A stretch of DNA of 32,000 nt from Acaryochloris marina S15 (GTDB lineage Bacteria > Cyanobacteriota > Cyanobacteriia > Thermosynechococcales > Thermosynechococcaceae): positions 30,001 to 62,000 of the forward strand of contig NZ_CP064925.1 of NCBI RefSeq assembly GCF_018336915.1, read 5' to 3'. The translations under genes were made by a program, and so were the position numbers. Position 1 is the first letter of the stretch. Every line of letters starts with the position of its first letter. Of this stretch, positions 1 to 8,243 are shown in pieces. A model generated the notes under the pieces. The model was not told the origin of the DNA and did no database searches. It was given only the letters and a program-made list of their open reading frames with translations.

Positions 1-402
1 AATGGGTTGCCCTCCACGGTGATCTTTGTTGATTGATGCAGCTTCTCTATCTCTGGTGGCAAGCTACTCAGTTGATTGCCCCGGAGGTCTAGCGTTTGTA
101 GCTTGGTAAGCTGTCCAATTCCTGATGGCAAGCTACTCAGTTGGTTGCTCGATAGGTTTAGCGATTGCAGATTGGTAAGCCATAGGATCTCTGGTGGCAA
201 GCTACTTAGTCGGTTACTCGACAGGTTTAGCTTTTGTAGCTTGGTAAGCTGTATGATTCCTGTTGGTATTTGGGTAAGTGACAGCTCGCTCAAATCTAGC
301 TCAGATGCCTTTGTCTCTTTTGCCACTTGAATTCGACGCTGGACCTCAAAATAGCGTTGAACTTCTTTGGGTAATTGTGATTGCGCTAGATGTGTAGAAT
401 CC
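1..402 (-). pseudogene. Leucine-rich-repeat (LRR) protein, 3' part of a gene split by an IS4-family insertion. It continues beyond the left window edge.
   Basis: The minus-strand frame is open from 402 to 1. It reads ..DSTHLAQSQLPKEVQRYFEVQRRIQVAKETKASELDLSELSLTQIPTGIIQLTKLQKLNLSSNRLSSLPPEILWLTNLQSLNLSSNQLSSLPSGIGQLTKLQTLDLRGNQLSSLPPEIEKLHQSTKITVEGNP. This shows 23-aa (69-nt) LxxLxxLxLxxNxLxxLP periodicity. It is absent from the ORF track because it has no start or stop inside the window. Confidence 0.85.
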
Positions 403-583
403 CAATACAGTCCGGATAGCTTCTAAGCCGTGTTGGGTATAGCAAAAGCTAATCTCTCTAAATTGCTTCCACTGCCCCTATGTGCTGGTTTCCTTGAGGG
501 GAACTTCGACCTTGGTTTTTTGACGACCCTGGGGTTACTTCTTCCCTGTCGAGGCGGGATGGTCTGGTCTAGGATCTCATGAG

Positions 584-1775
584 CTAACCAACTGAGAAAA
601 AAGGGAGTTCTTTAGGTGGTGTGGCTTGAAAAGTAGGAACTGCTCTGCGTAGAACTTTGAGGGTTCCAGTGAAGCCTATATTCAAAGGAGAAATCTCACC
701 GTGTTCCGCCGCTTGGAACATCAAGCAACGGACAGCCCAATGTGCCAATAACCACCCATATACTTCTTGAACCACTTCCCGAGGATTCTTGGAGCGAATA
801 GGGGTTTTACGACCATTGAGGTGCGTTTTGAATTCATCGAGTGTATTTTCTACTTCCCATCTTTGGTGATATTCTTGCGCCAATAATAGAGCTGGGAATT
901 GTTCAATATCTAGCAAGTCAGTCATCAATCGGTAAACCTACGGTTCGTCCTCATCATCAATGATGTACTCAATGATTCGAACCTGAATCCGTTGTCCTCC
1001 TTTCTTCTTAGATTTGCGGTCTGGAGCAATCCAACTCAAATAAGACCCATCTGCACATTCTTCTACCCGTTCAAATTTCACATTGGCCGGCACTCGTCCG
1101 AGCAGGTGACACTTCTGTTTGAGAGTCGCGTTGACCATCTTGTAGGAATGAAGTCCTCGATCCCACATCAGGAGCATCCCTTCGCTGACAGAGCGTAACA
1201 GTTTAATGGCGCGAACTCGCTCCCCGATCCGATAGGGACACATCAGGGCATCTGTGATCAAATGAGTACCCGATTCAACCAAGATGACTAATCGAGCTTT
1301 GGGAAAAGCTGCACGAGTCCCTGCACGAGAGCCAGGATATCCAAACACTCTGGCATTGGCGTCAGTATCAGGGACATCAAAGACTGTCCCATCGACACTC
1401 ATCACTCTCAAACCACCCAGGAATGCACCAGAGGTTTGTGCTGTTCCTAAAGGACGAGCTATCAAAGCAAACAATTGACTTATCACCCGAGGCCCCACCC
1501 GTTGACGCGCTTCACTAATTGACGATTTGCTGGGTACTCGCCATCGTTGAGCTAGCCGAATCCATTGCTCACTCAAGCCAGAGACTAAGTTCTTGAGTAC
1601 ATCAACGATGGAGTCATGAGACCAAAAATGCATTGCAATGACCAAAGCCACAACGACATGTGTAGGTAAGCGTCGATTCCGTTGCTCTCGGCTACCTGTG
1701 GAGTCAATCGCTTCGGTAATCTTGTCTGTGGGAATAGCTGTCTCAATTGCCTGGAATAGTTCTCCTGGCTTTATA
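584..1775 (-). pseudogene. IS4-family DDE transposase body. The first 12 codons lie at 2720-2754 on the other side of the IS630 insertion.
   Basis: ORFs 938-1651 and 584-928 are in the same frame, separated by a single TAG (935-937). The frame stays open upstream to 1775 (IKPGELFQAIETAIPTDKITEAIDSTGSREQRNRRLPTHVVVALVIAMHFW). After IS630 removal it joins MLLRDFTLISPD (ATG at 2754). Catalytic motifs present are VMSVDGTVFDVPD, LLMWDRGLHSY and the YREK signature. Confidence 0.85.
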
Positions 1776-2717
1776 TAGCACTACGGGAATATGTTAGTAC
1801 ACTCCTTAAAGGCAGCATCTACACAATCACGAAAAGTGTCAAACTCATCCCATCGCTGCTTCATCCAGTTTTTGAGTACAAACCACCATCGCTCAATTTT
1901 GTTGAGATCAGGAGAATAGCTCGGTAGATACCAAATCTCACACCCTGCTTCAGCTACGATTTCTTCGATACTTTGTCCATGGTGAAAACTGGCATTATCA
2001 ATCACGATAATATCGCCAGGGTGTAGCTGGGGCAGGAGACTCTGCTGTAACCACGCCTCAAATAACAAACGATTGCAAGACCCTTCGAAAGTCATCGGGG
2101 CAAATAACTGTCGCTCTTTGAGCGCAGCAATGAAACTGACTCGCTCTGTCCGCTTGCCTGATTTAAGGTCATAGAATCGTTGACCAATGGGGCAATATCC
2201 ATAGGGATAATCCGCTCGATTATCGATACCTGCTTCATCCACATAGACTATCTGGTGAGGATGTTTGGTCTGTAACCGCTCTATAAAGGCTTGGCGTTGC
2301 GTTTCATCCCGTTCTCGATAGCCATAGGTCTTTTTTTTCGACTCAATCCTAATTTCTTCAAGGCATCACTGATATTTTGCTGGGTGACATTATCACCCCA
2401 TAATTTAGCCATTTGGGCCTGAGTCTTTCCCCCATGCTCTTGAGCAAATTCACGAAAGCGCTCCCAATCTGTAATTTTGTGGCGAGCTCCTTGCTGGTAG
2501 TGGGTAATGGCCTGACAATCACCGGTCGATTCCTCTCGCGCTATCCATAAGTGCAAGGTGTTCCGACTGATGTTTAACATCCGGCATACGTCGACTTTCC
2601 GTTCTCCATTCTTGACCGCAGCAATCGCTTTGCAGCGAAGGTCATAACTATAAGGGGCTGGCATACTTCTGCAGTGATAGCTTCTATTTATAGTACTAAC
2701 ACAGTTTCGTAGTGCTA
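1776..2717 (-). mobile_element. IS630-family (Tc1/mariner-like) insertion sequence nested inside the IS4 element
   Basis: The 25-bp terminal inverted repeats are tagcactacgggaatatgttagtac (1776-1800) and gtactaacacagtttcgtagtgcta (2693-2717), matching at 21/25 positions. The element is flanked by TA at 1774-1775 and 2718-2719, the TA duplication typical of IS630. Confidence 0.85.
1781..2664 (-). CDS. IS630-family transposase, two frames joined at an A8 slippery run (putative -1 frameshift)
   Basis: The N-terminal HTH part starts at ATG 2664 (MPAPYSYDLRCKAIAAVKNGERK..LGLSRKK). Shifting -1 in the minus-strand A8 run (2331-2338) gives KKKTYGYRERDETQRQAFIERLQTKHPHQIVYVDEAGIDNR. This continues into ORF 1781-2242, which carries the DDE motifs VYVDEAG, IVIDNASFH and SPDLNKIERWW. 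Confidence 0.8.
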
Positions 2718-2823
2718 TATCAGGAGAAATTAGAGTGAAATCTCTCAACAGCATAGGTATGTTGACTTGCTAGTAGGGATAGTCAACAATTTATCTTGCT
2801 TTATGCTTATCCGAACAGTATTG

Positions 2824-2949
2824 TGTAGAATCCTTATGAGCTGGATTTGCCAGTACAACTACAAACTTTCTACCCACTGAGTTGCCTAGCCCTACTGCCA
2901 GAGCTACCAACACCACAATTCCTTGAGAGAGTCTCCTAATATGTGACAT
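2824..2949 (-). pseudogene. LRR protein, 5' fragment (start codon plus a hydrophobic signal/anchor segment), separated from its body by the IS4 element
   Basis: ATG at 2949 (minus) gives MSHIRRLSQGIVVLVALAVGLGNSVGRKFVVVLANPAHKDST. Deleting 403-2833 joins this in frame to the LRR frame at 402 (..PAHK|DSTHLAQ..). Confidence 0.8.
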
Positions 2950-3011
2950 ATTCCGCAGCTTCCTCAGAAAAAAGAATAACTGTACTCAAGTCTAGATCTA
3001 CCCTGCTATTA

Positions 3012-3416
3012 TCACCCCCAGGCCCTCGCCACCCGCTCCCGATCCAGCCACACTCCGATCATCTCCTCAATCCGCTCAAACGTCTCACCTGCCCTCAGCC
3101 CGATCACCCGCGAAATATCGAACGTGTCCTCTAACTCTAGTGATGCCTCAAAGCAGAATTCTGCTGTATCGAATGGCTGTCTGATGAATGGCTTACCACT
3201 GCCCTCGACAGTAATCCAGAATTTCCCTGAACTGCTTTGGGAAACGGTCAGATACTCAAGCTGCTCCTTTTGCTTGGTCTGCTCAATCAGAGTCTTTTGA
3301 CTCTGCTCAAGTGCGTGGAATTTTGCCTCAAAGTCTCTGGATACTCTGGGGGGTCGAACTCGTCCTACAGGGGCAGCGCAAGAAAAATGAAGCTGTAATA
3401 TGCTTTGGAACTCCAT
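3012..3416 (-). CDS. Small conserved protein of unknown function, paralog copy 1. Its native 5' end is displaced by the ISAs1 element, and the current first 16 codons are IS-derived.
   Basis: The C-terminal 70 aa (KFWITVEGSGKPFIRQPFDTAEFCFEASLELEDTFDISRVIGLRAGETFERIEEMIGVWLDRERVARAWG) align with the copies at 17234-17527 and 5968-6141. Positions 3368-3416 of the ORF lie inside the IS left end. Confidence 0.6.
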   Translation of the reverse strand: MEFQSILQLHFSCAAPVGRVRPPRVSRDFEAKFHALEQSQKTLIEQTKQKEQLEYLTVSQSSSGKFWITVEGSGKPFIRQPFDTAEFCFEASLELEDTFDISRVIGLRAGETFERIEEMIGVWLDRERVARAWG

Positions 3417-4697
3417 TCTGTTAAAAGGGTTTCCCCATGGCTACAGGATTCAGCAAGCCTCCTTCCTCACCAGCTTCCACTGACTCATCCTCGTCACTCC
3501 TGCCTGCCAGTGATTGCGATCAGGCTTATCAACAATTGTCCGAGTGTTTTGAAGATTTGCCTGATCCACGTGGAGGCCAAGGTGTCCAGCATCCGTTTGT
3601 CAGCATCGTCGTGATTGGACTATTGGCAAGTTTAGGTGGCGCACAAGGGTGGGAAGACATTGAAACCTATGGTCTAAGCCATCAAGATTGGTTGTCGAGT
3701 TTTCTGAGGCTACCGTCCGGGATACCGACAGCAGACACCTATCGACGAGTGTTTGAGCGTATTTGCCCCTCCGCTTTTGAGCGGAGTTTCAATCACTGGT
3801 TGGATCAGGTAGTGACAACCCTCGGCGCTCAAGTGATACCGATTGACGGCAAACAACTCAGAGGTTCCTATGATCGCAATCAAGACCAATCCGCATTGCA
3901 TCTGGTCAGTGCTTGGGCCAGTGAGTATCGGTTATTTCTAGGACAGGTCAAAGTTGCAGACAAGAGTAACGAAATTACCGCTATTCCAGCACTGCTAGAG
4001 CTATTAGACATTGCCGGGTGCATTATTACCATTGATGCAATGGGAACTCAGCACGAGATTGCCCGCCACATTCAAGCTAAAGAGGCTGACTATGTGCTGG
4101 CCCTCAAGGAGAATCATCCCACGCTGTTTGAGCAGGTTGAGCAATGGTTTGAAACGGCTGAAGCGAATGAGTTTAAGGGCATTGAGCACAGCTATGATGC
4201 CCGGGTGGAAGCAGGGCACCATCGTCGCGAGAAACGACAAGTTTGGGCCGTGTCCCTTCAACAGATGGGTCCTCTCTACAAGCAGGCGCAGTGGAAGGGC
4301 TTGCAAACCATCGTCAAGGTCGCTCGGACCCGCCACTTGTGGAACAAAACCACCTATGAGGTGATGTTTTATATCAGCTCTCTACCGCCAAATGCTCAGC
4401 AGTTGGGCAAAGCCATCCGCCAGCATTGGTCGATTGAGAACCAACTCCACTGGGTCTTAGATGTGACCTTTGGCGAAGATGCTAGCCGCATTCGCACAGG
4501 ACATGCACCGGAAAACATGGCCATCCTGAGGCGCTGGAGCATCAACCTTCTCAATCAAGAAACGTCCTTTAAGAAAAGTACCCGTCAAAAACTAAAACGG
4601 GCGAGCATGGATGAAGCGTATATGCTCAAAGTTCTAGGCGCTTCTATTCCTTTACAGTCTAGCCTTTCAGAGGCTTGATTTTCTTGCGCTTACCCTG
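3368..4697 (+). mobile_element. ISAs1-family insertion sequence
   Basis: The imperfect ~26-bp inverted repeats are caggggcagcgcaagaaaaatgaagc (3368-) and gcttgattttcttgcgcttaccctg (-4697). A perfect 10-bp direct repeat actcgtccta lies at 3358-3367 and 4698-4707. Confidence 0.9.
3437..4678 (+). CDS. ISAs1-family (H-repeat-associated type) DDE transposase
   Basis: 413-aa intact ORF. It has the family-typical N-terminus FEDLPDPRGGQGVQHPFVSIVVIGLLASLGGAQGWEDIETYG, plus WLSSFLRLPSGIPTADTYRRVF, ITIDAMGTQ and HWSIENQLHWVLDVTFGEDASR. Confidence 0.9.
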   Translation: MATGFSKPPSSPASTDSSSSLLPASDCDQAYQQLSECFEDLPDPRGGQGVQHPFVSIVVIGLLASLGGAQGWEDIETYGLSHQDWLSSFLRLPSGIPTADTYRRVFERICPSAFERSFNHWLDQVVTTLGAQVIPIDGKQLRGSYDRNQDQSALHLVSAWASEYRLFLGQVKVADKSNEITAIPALLELLDIAGCIITIDAMGTQHEIARHIQAKEADYVLALKENHPTLFEQVEQWFETAEANEFKGIEHSYDARVEAGHHRREKRQVWAVSLQQMGPLYKQAQWKGLQTIVKVARTRHLWNKTTYEVMFYISSLPPNAQQLGKAIRQHWSIENQLHWVLDVTFGEDASRIRTGHAPENMAILRRWSINLLNQETSFKKSTRQKLKRASMDEAYMLKVLGASIPLQSSLSEA

Positions 4698-4931
4698 ACT
4701 CGTCCTATCGTGTGCCGAGCTGAATATCCTTGCTGCTCCAACTAGGGCTGGTCAATAAGCTGAAACCCTCAAAAAGATTTGTGTCAGACGCATTAAGATG
4801 AGCAGAGGTAAGGTTGAATTATTGGCTTTAAACCGAGCCTGAGGTGATTTTTTGTCACAGAGATGTTCGTTCACTGCGTTAGACTTCCCATACTAATACA
4901 ATAGACGCCCTCCCCTTGCTTCAACTCAACT

Positions 4932-5840
4932 ATGACTGCTGCCCCCACACCTCAACTGATCATTACTGCTGACACTTCCCAATCAATTGATCTCACCACC
5001 CAGCAAACTTGGACAGTAGGACGTAGCTCGATTAATTCAATTGTGTTAGCTGAGAAATCGGTCTCTCGCCACCATGCAAAATTTGAAGTGCTTGATAATC
5101 GACATTGTTATTTTGTTGATCTCAATAGCAGTAATGGCTCTCAGATTAACCAAAAACAGGTGGCCGAACCATTACTGCTTAAACATGGAGATGTGATTAC
5201 GATTGGGGCAACGGAGATTCGGTTCAATTTTCCGTATGTGACCCATGCCGGTTCCACGGTTTCTTTAAGGCCCAAACAAGTGTTAATGATGCAGGAGTCC
5301 GCCACCCAAGGTATCATCTGGCAGGAAATCCTCTGCTCACAAGGGTTTGATATGCAGTGGATTCCACCTGCGACCGATCTACAGCAACGGATTAGCTTGG
5401 ATGCAGCCGCGAATGTACTACCCGATTTGCTTCTGGTTGATTTGGCAGCGTATAAGGGAGATGACCTAGCTTTTTGTGGATGGTGCAATCATACCTACCC
5501 TCACTTACCATTGTTTCTGACCCTCAGTAGAAAAGAATCGGTCCCGATTGTGGATATAAATGCGACACTACCCACAGGCACTGAGAAAATATTGCCTGCT
5601 TTACCCAGTATGAATCTTCCTCAGAAAATCGACATCTTTGCCCAACAACTAAAATCGGTGTTAGATGAAGTCAGTGGGAGTACCTTTAACCGGGAAAATT
5701 TGGCCGTGACGTTGAATTCCCTGGAAGAAATTCTCAATCATGCTAGTATTTCACCTCTGATCGCTAATCGCATAGATGATGGTTCAGAGATGGATGAGTT
5801 TACAATCTTAAAGCATCAGAGAAAACCTCTAGCAAGCTAG
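4932..5840 (+). CDS. FHA-domain protein with a C-terminal receiver-like (degenerate) domain
   Basis: The FHA core is WTVGRSSINSIVLAEKSVSRHHAKFEVLDNRHCYFVDLNSSNGSQINQKQV..GDVITIGATEIRF. The C-terminal half has a CheY-like beta/alpha pattern (QVLMMQES..DLLLVDL..LFLTLS) but lacks the N-terminal acidic pair. Confidence 0.8.
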   Translation: MTAAPTPQLIITADTSQSIDLTTQQTWTVGRSSINSIVLAEKSVSRHHAKFEVLDNRHCYFVDLNSSNGSQINQKQVAEPLLLKHGDVITIGATEIRFNFPYVTHAGSTVSLRPKQVLMMQESATQGIIWQEILCSQGFDMQWIPPATDLQQRISLDAAANVLPDLLLVDLAAYKGDDLAFCGWCNHTYPHLPLFLTLSRKESVPIVDINATLPTGTEKILPALPSMNLPQKIDIFAQQLKSVLDEVSGSTFNRENLAVTLNSLEEILNHASISPLIANRIDDGSEMDEFTILKHQRKPLAS

Positions 5841-5964
5841 AAAGTTGTTGTTATAGAATTGTCGTTCTTCAATAGCTAAGCATTCTCATCAGCCCAGATA
5901 CAACAGGGTGAAGCCAATAATCGTGCAAATTCCACGACAACCCATTCACCCCCAAACTCTCGAC

Positions 5965-6141
5965 TCACCCCCAGACCCTACTCACCCGCTCCCGCTCCAA
6001 CCACACTCCGATCATCTCCCCGATCCGCTCCATCGTCTCCGGTGGCCTCAGTTCAATCACTTGCCAAATATCGAACGTGTCCTCAATCTCAACGGCGCAC
6101 TCCAAGCAGAACTCAGCCGAAGCAAAAATCTCCCTGACTAC
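5965..6141 (-). pseudogene. 5'-truncated remnant of the small conserved protein family (paralog copy 2)
   Basis: The minus frame reads REIFASAEFCLECAVEIEDTFDIWQVIELRPPETMERIGEMIGVWLERERVSRVWG* with its stop at 5965-5967. The frame is closed by TAA at 6142-6144. There is no start codon, and the WITVxGxGKPF segment is missing. Confidence 0.7.
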
Positions 6142-6424
6142 TTAAAAGTGTCGCTCTAAAAGAGCCGCACCCTACGCCATTACTGGATACAGCTTGACTT
6201 TTATGTGGCACAGCTTTTGTCAGCCAACCAGTTCCGCCGACATTGCTTACAGCGAAACATGGCATAACTGAGATTGGGGTTTACGCGTAGAAAGGAAACT
6301 CGGGTAGATCAGCAACGAAGACAATCCATGAAAGATAGATAGAGCATGGCTTAGGGTAAGCAATCAGCCTATCAGACTGGCAGTGATTCCTCAATTTTGG
6401 CTACTCAAGGCTGACAGTTTCGAT

Positions 6425-6805
6425 TTAATTGCATGATTCCCAGCCCAGTATTTTAGCCACCTGAGTCGTTAACGTTAGGGGTTCAAAAGGCTTGCTAATT
6501 ACTCCGAAAACATCCAATTCGGCGTATTTCAATTGATCAGCGGGCTCTGCCCTTGCTGTTAGCATGATCACAGGCATGGATTGGGTTGATGCATCCTTTC
6601 TCAACTCTCGCAGAAGCATTATCCCGTCCATCCCCGGCATCATATAATCCAGTAAAATTGCATCTGGATGCTCTTGTTTAGCTATGAATAATCCTTCTGG
6701 ACCAGACTCAGCCATTGACACTTTATACCTACCAAAAGCAACCAGACAAGTCTTTACTACCGTTCTGATATACGCTTCATCATCAATCAGGAGGATGTGT
6801 TTTTC
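6425..6805 (-). pseudogene. CheY-like single-domain response regulator interrupted by IS256. Its first two codons lie at 8189-8194.
   Basis: The minus frame upstream of ORF 6425-6721 stays open to 6805 (KHILLIDDEAYIRTVVKTCLVAFGRYKVSMAESGPEGL..ILLDYMMPGMDG..IMLTA..ISKPF). Removing 6806-8188 joins ATG-TCA (8194-8189) in frame, giving MSEKHILLIDDE.. of about 128 aa. Confidence 0.85.
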
Positions 6806-8180
6806 GTTAGTGTCCCTATTTATTCGCCACGGTTTTTGAGGCGATCATGCTTGGCATGATCCCTACGAGAGACGAGAAAGAAAATCGCTAAACAGCTCTC
6901 CTCATTTGGGAAAGCACCAATTTCGTCAGCCTTGGTTCGGAATTTCCGGAACAGCCTTTCTAGCGCATTGGAAGTACGAATCAGCGAATGAAGGGATTCA
7001 TCAAAATCATAGAAACTCAAGGTCAGGGCAAAATCTTTGATGAAGGTTCTAACAGCATCGGGTTCAAGGTCTGTCCATTTCTGTGCAAACACGAGCAACG
7101 TCACAATCGCTTCTTCCCAGTCTGGCGCTTTATAGATAGCATAGGCATCGTGTTTAATTTGTGAATATCGCAGCTTCTTTGCTTCAGAGTGGGAGAGTTC
7201 TTGTCCTTGAGCATCCAGGTGTGGCAATTGCTCATAGCCCAAATGCCGGAGCATCGCTCGAACCTTGTGGGTAATGCATCGTTGATGTTGTGCGAGGGGA
7301 AACAGAGCGCGAATTACCTTAGGTAGTCCAGTGGTGCCATCACTGACAATCAGCTTCACCAAATGGGTTTGCAATCCTCGGTGCCGCAGGTGCTCAAAGA
7401 ACAGTAGCCAGGCTGCCTCAGATTCTTGGACAGCCATTTCGTAATGAAGAACGGTTTGTGTCCCATCTGGCCATATCGCCATGGCCACTAAGATGACTCG
7501 GTCTTCCGCACGACGTAGCTTCCGGATATGTCCAGCTTGGTCTTCCCAAAAGTCTTCGGAGGCGCATTGAACACTCGCCCACACTCCATCAACAATCAGA
7601 ATAAAAGGGGTTTTCTCAAGACGAGTTTGACGACTTTGGAGCATTTGCTTCTGAGCTTTGAGAGTAATCCGGTTAATGGCATTCACGGATAAAACTGCTC
7701 CCAGGATCTCATAGAGAGCTTCTTGCAAGTCTCGAAGCGATAAACCCATGACATACAAGCCCAGGCAAAACTCTAGAAGGCTACCGAGGGCTCGTTGGTA
7801 ACGCTCTAGAATCTTCCACTCTCGGTCTGCATTCCCTTTCCGTAGTTTCGGGACAGATAGTTGAGCAATCCTGCCGTACTGGGTATCAAGAACCCGCTGA
7901 TAATAGCCTGAACGTCGAGGGCGAGTCCCTTGAAGCTCTGATAGATAAGCTTGGACTTCTTCGTCTAGTGCTGACTCTACTGCTATCTGGGTAACTCGGT
8001 TAGCCTCAAGGCGCAGGGTTGCTTCTAAAGCTTTGTTAATAGAGGCATATGAACTTTGAGACTGGATACGGATAATCTGCTGCTCACGTTGGGAAATGTT
8101 CATCAAGGAGTGCTCCGAATTCTCTATTATCAGAGCATTTCAGCTATTCCAGCTCATGGCGAATAAATCAAGACACTAAC
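6806..8180 (-). mobile_element. IS256-family insertion sequence
   Basis: The 24-bp inverted repeats are gttagtgtccctatttattcgcca (6806-6829) and tggcgaataaatcaagacactaac (8157-8180), with 3 mismatches. An 8-bp direct repeat tgtttttc lies at 6798-6805 and 8181-8188. Confidence 0.9.
6820..8106 (-). CDS. IS256-family (Mutator-type) transposase
   Basis: 428-aa intact ORF. Typical features are RRSGYYQRVLDTQYGRIAQLSVPKLRKG, LIVDGVWASV, LIVSDGTTGLPKVIRALFP..QRCITHKVRA and TSNALERLFRKFRTKADEIGAFPNEES. Confidence 0.9.
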   Translation of the reverse strand: MMNISQREQQIIRIQSQSSYASINKALEATLRLEANRVTQIAVESALDEEVQAYLSELQGTRPRRSGYYQRVLDTQYGRIAQLSVPKLRKGNADREWKILERYQRALGSLLEFCLGLYVMGLSLRDLQEALYEILGAVLSVNAINRITLKAQKQMLQSRQTRLEKTPFILIVDGVWASVQCASEDFWEDQAGHIRKLRRAEDRVILVAMAIWPDGTQTVLHYEMAVQESEAAWLLFFEHLRHRGLQTHLVKLIVSDGTTGLPKVIRALFPLAQHQRCITHKVRAMLRHLGYEQLPHLDAQGQELSHSEAKKLRYSQIKHDAYAIYKAPDWEEAIVTLLVFAQKWTDLEPDAVRTFIKDFALTLSFYDFDESLHSLIRTSNALERLFRKFRTKADEIGAFPNEESCLAIFFLVSRRDHAKHDRLKNRGE

Positions 8181-8243
8181 TGTTTTTCTGACATCAGATC
8201 TTCTTGTCCTAAAGTAAGTAATCCTTCTGCTGCTAACCTTGCA

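Larger units (their letters stand above)
403..2823 (-). mobile_element. IS4-family insertion sequence, inactivated by a nested IS630 insertion and an in-frame stop
   Basis: Terminal inverted repeats are caatacagtccggatagc (403-420) and gcttatccgaacagtattg (2805-2823). The direct repeat tgtagaatcc lies at 393-402 and 2824-2833 (10 bp, or 12 bp if the adjacent tg is counted). The encoded transposase carries the IS4 Y-2-R-3-E-6-K signature (YHQRWEVENTLDEFK). Confidence 0.85.

Noticed and set aside
40-300. ~69-bp periodic repeat that could be taken for a CRISPR array or tandem satellite
   Set aside because: The repeats are imperfect, contiguous (no unique spacers), and translate as 23-aa leucine-rich repeats. 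This is protein-coding periodicity.
76-330. 84-aa plus-strand ORF (MPRRSSVCSLVSCPIPDGKLLSW..) with internal repeats
   Set aside because: It is the antisense shadow of the minus-strand LRR coding region. Its repeats mirror the 69-nt LRR periodicity, and the minus frame gives canonical LRR units.
2281-2754. 157-aa ORF listed as a single protein
   Set aside because: It is a chimera. Its first 12 codons are the N-terminus of the interrupted IS4 transposase. It then reads through the IS630 terminal repeat into the IS630 HTH frame, whose real start is the ATG at 2664.
2943-3134. Pro-rich plus-strand ORFs (2943-3134, 5908-6159 and 17113-17325 on their respective strands)
   Set aside because: All three are antisense or overlapping shadows of the small ..ERERVxRxWG paralog family. 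Their mutual similarity is explained by the opposite-strand genes.
3405-4364. ORFs overlapping the ISAs1 transposase (3405-3614, 3710-3901, 4004-4336, 4011-4364)
   Set aside because: They are alternative-frame or antisense ORFs inside an intact 413-aa transposase with clear family motifs.
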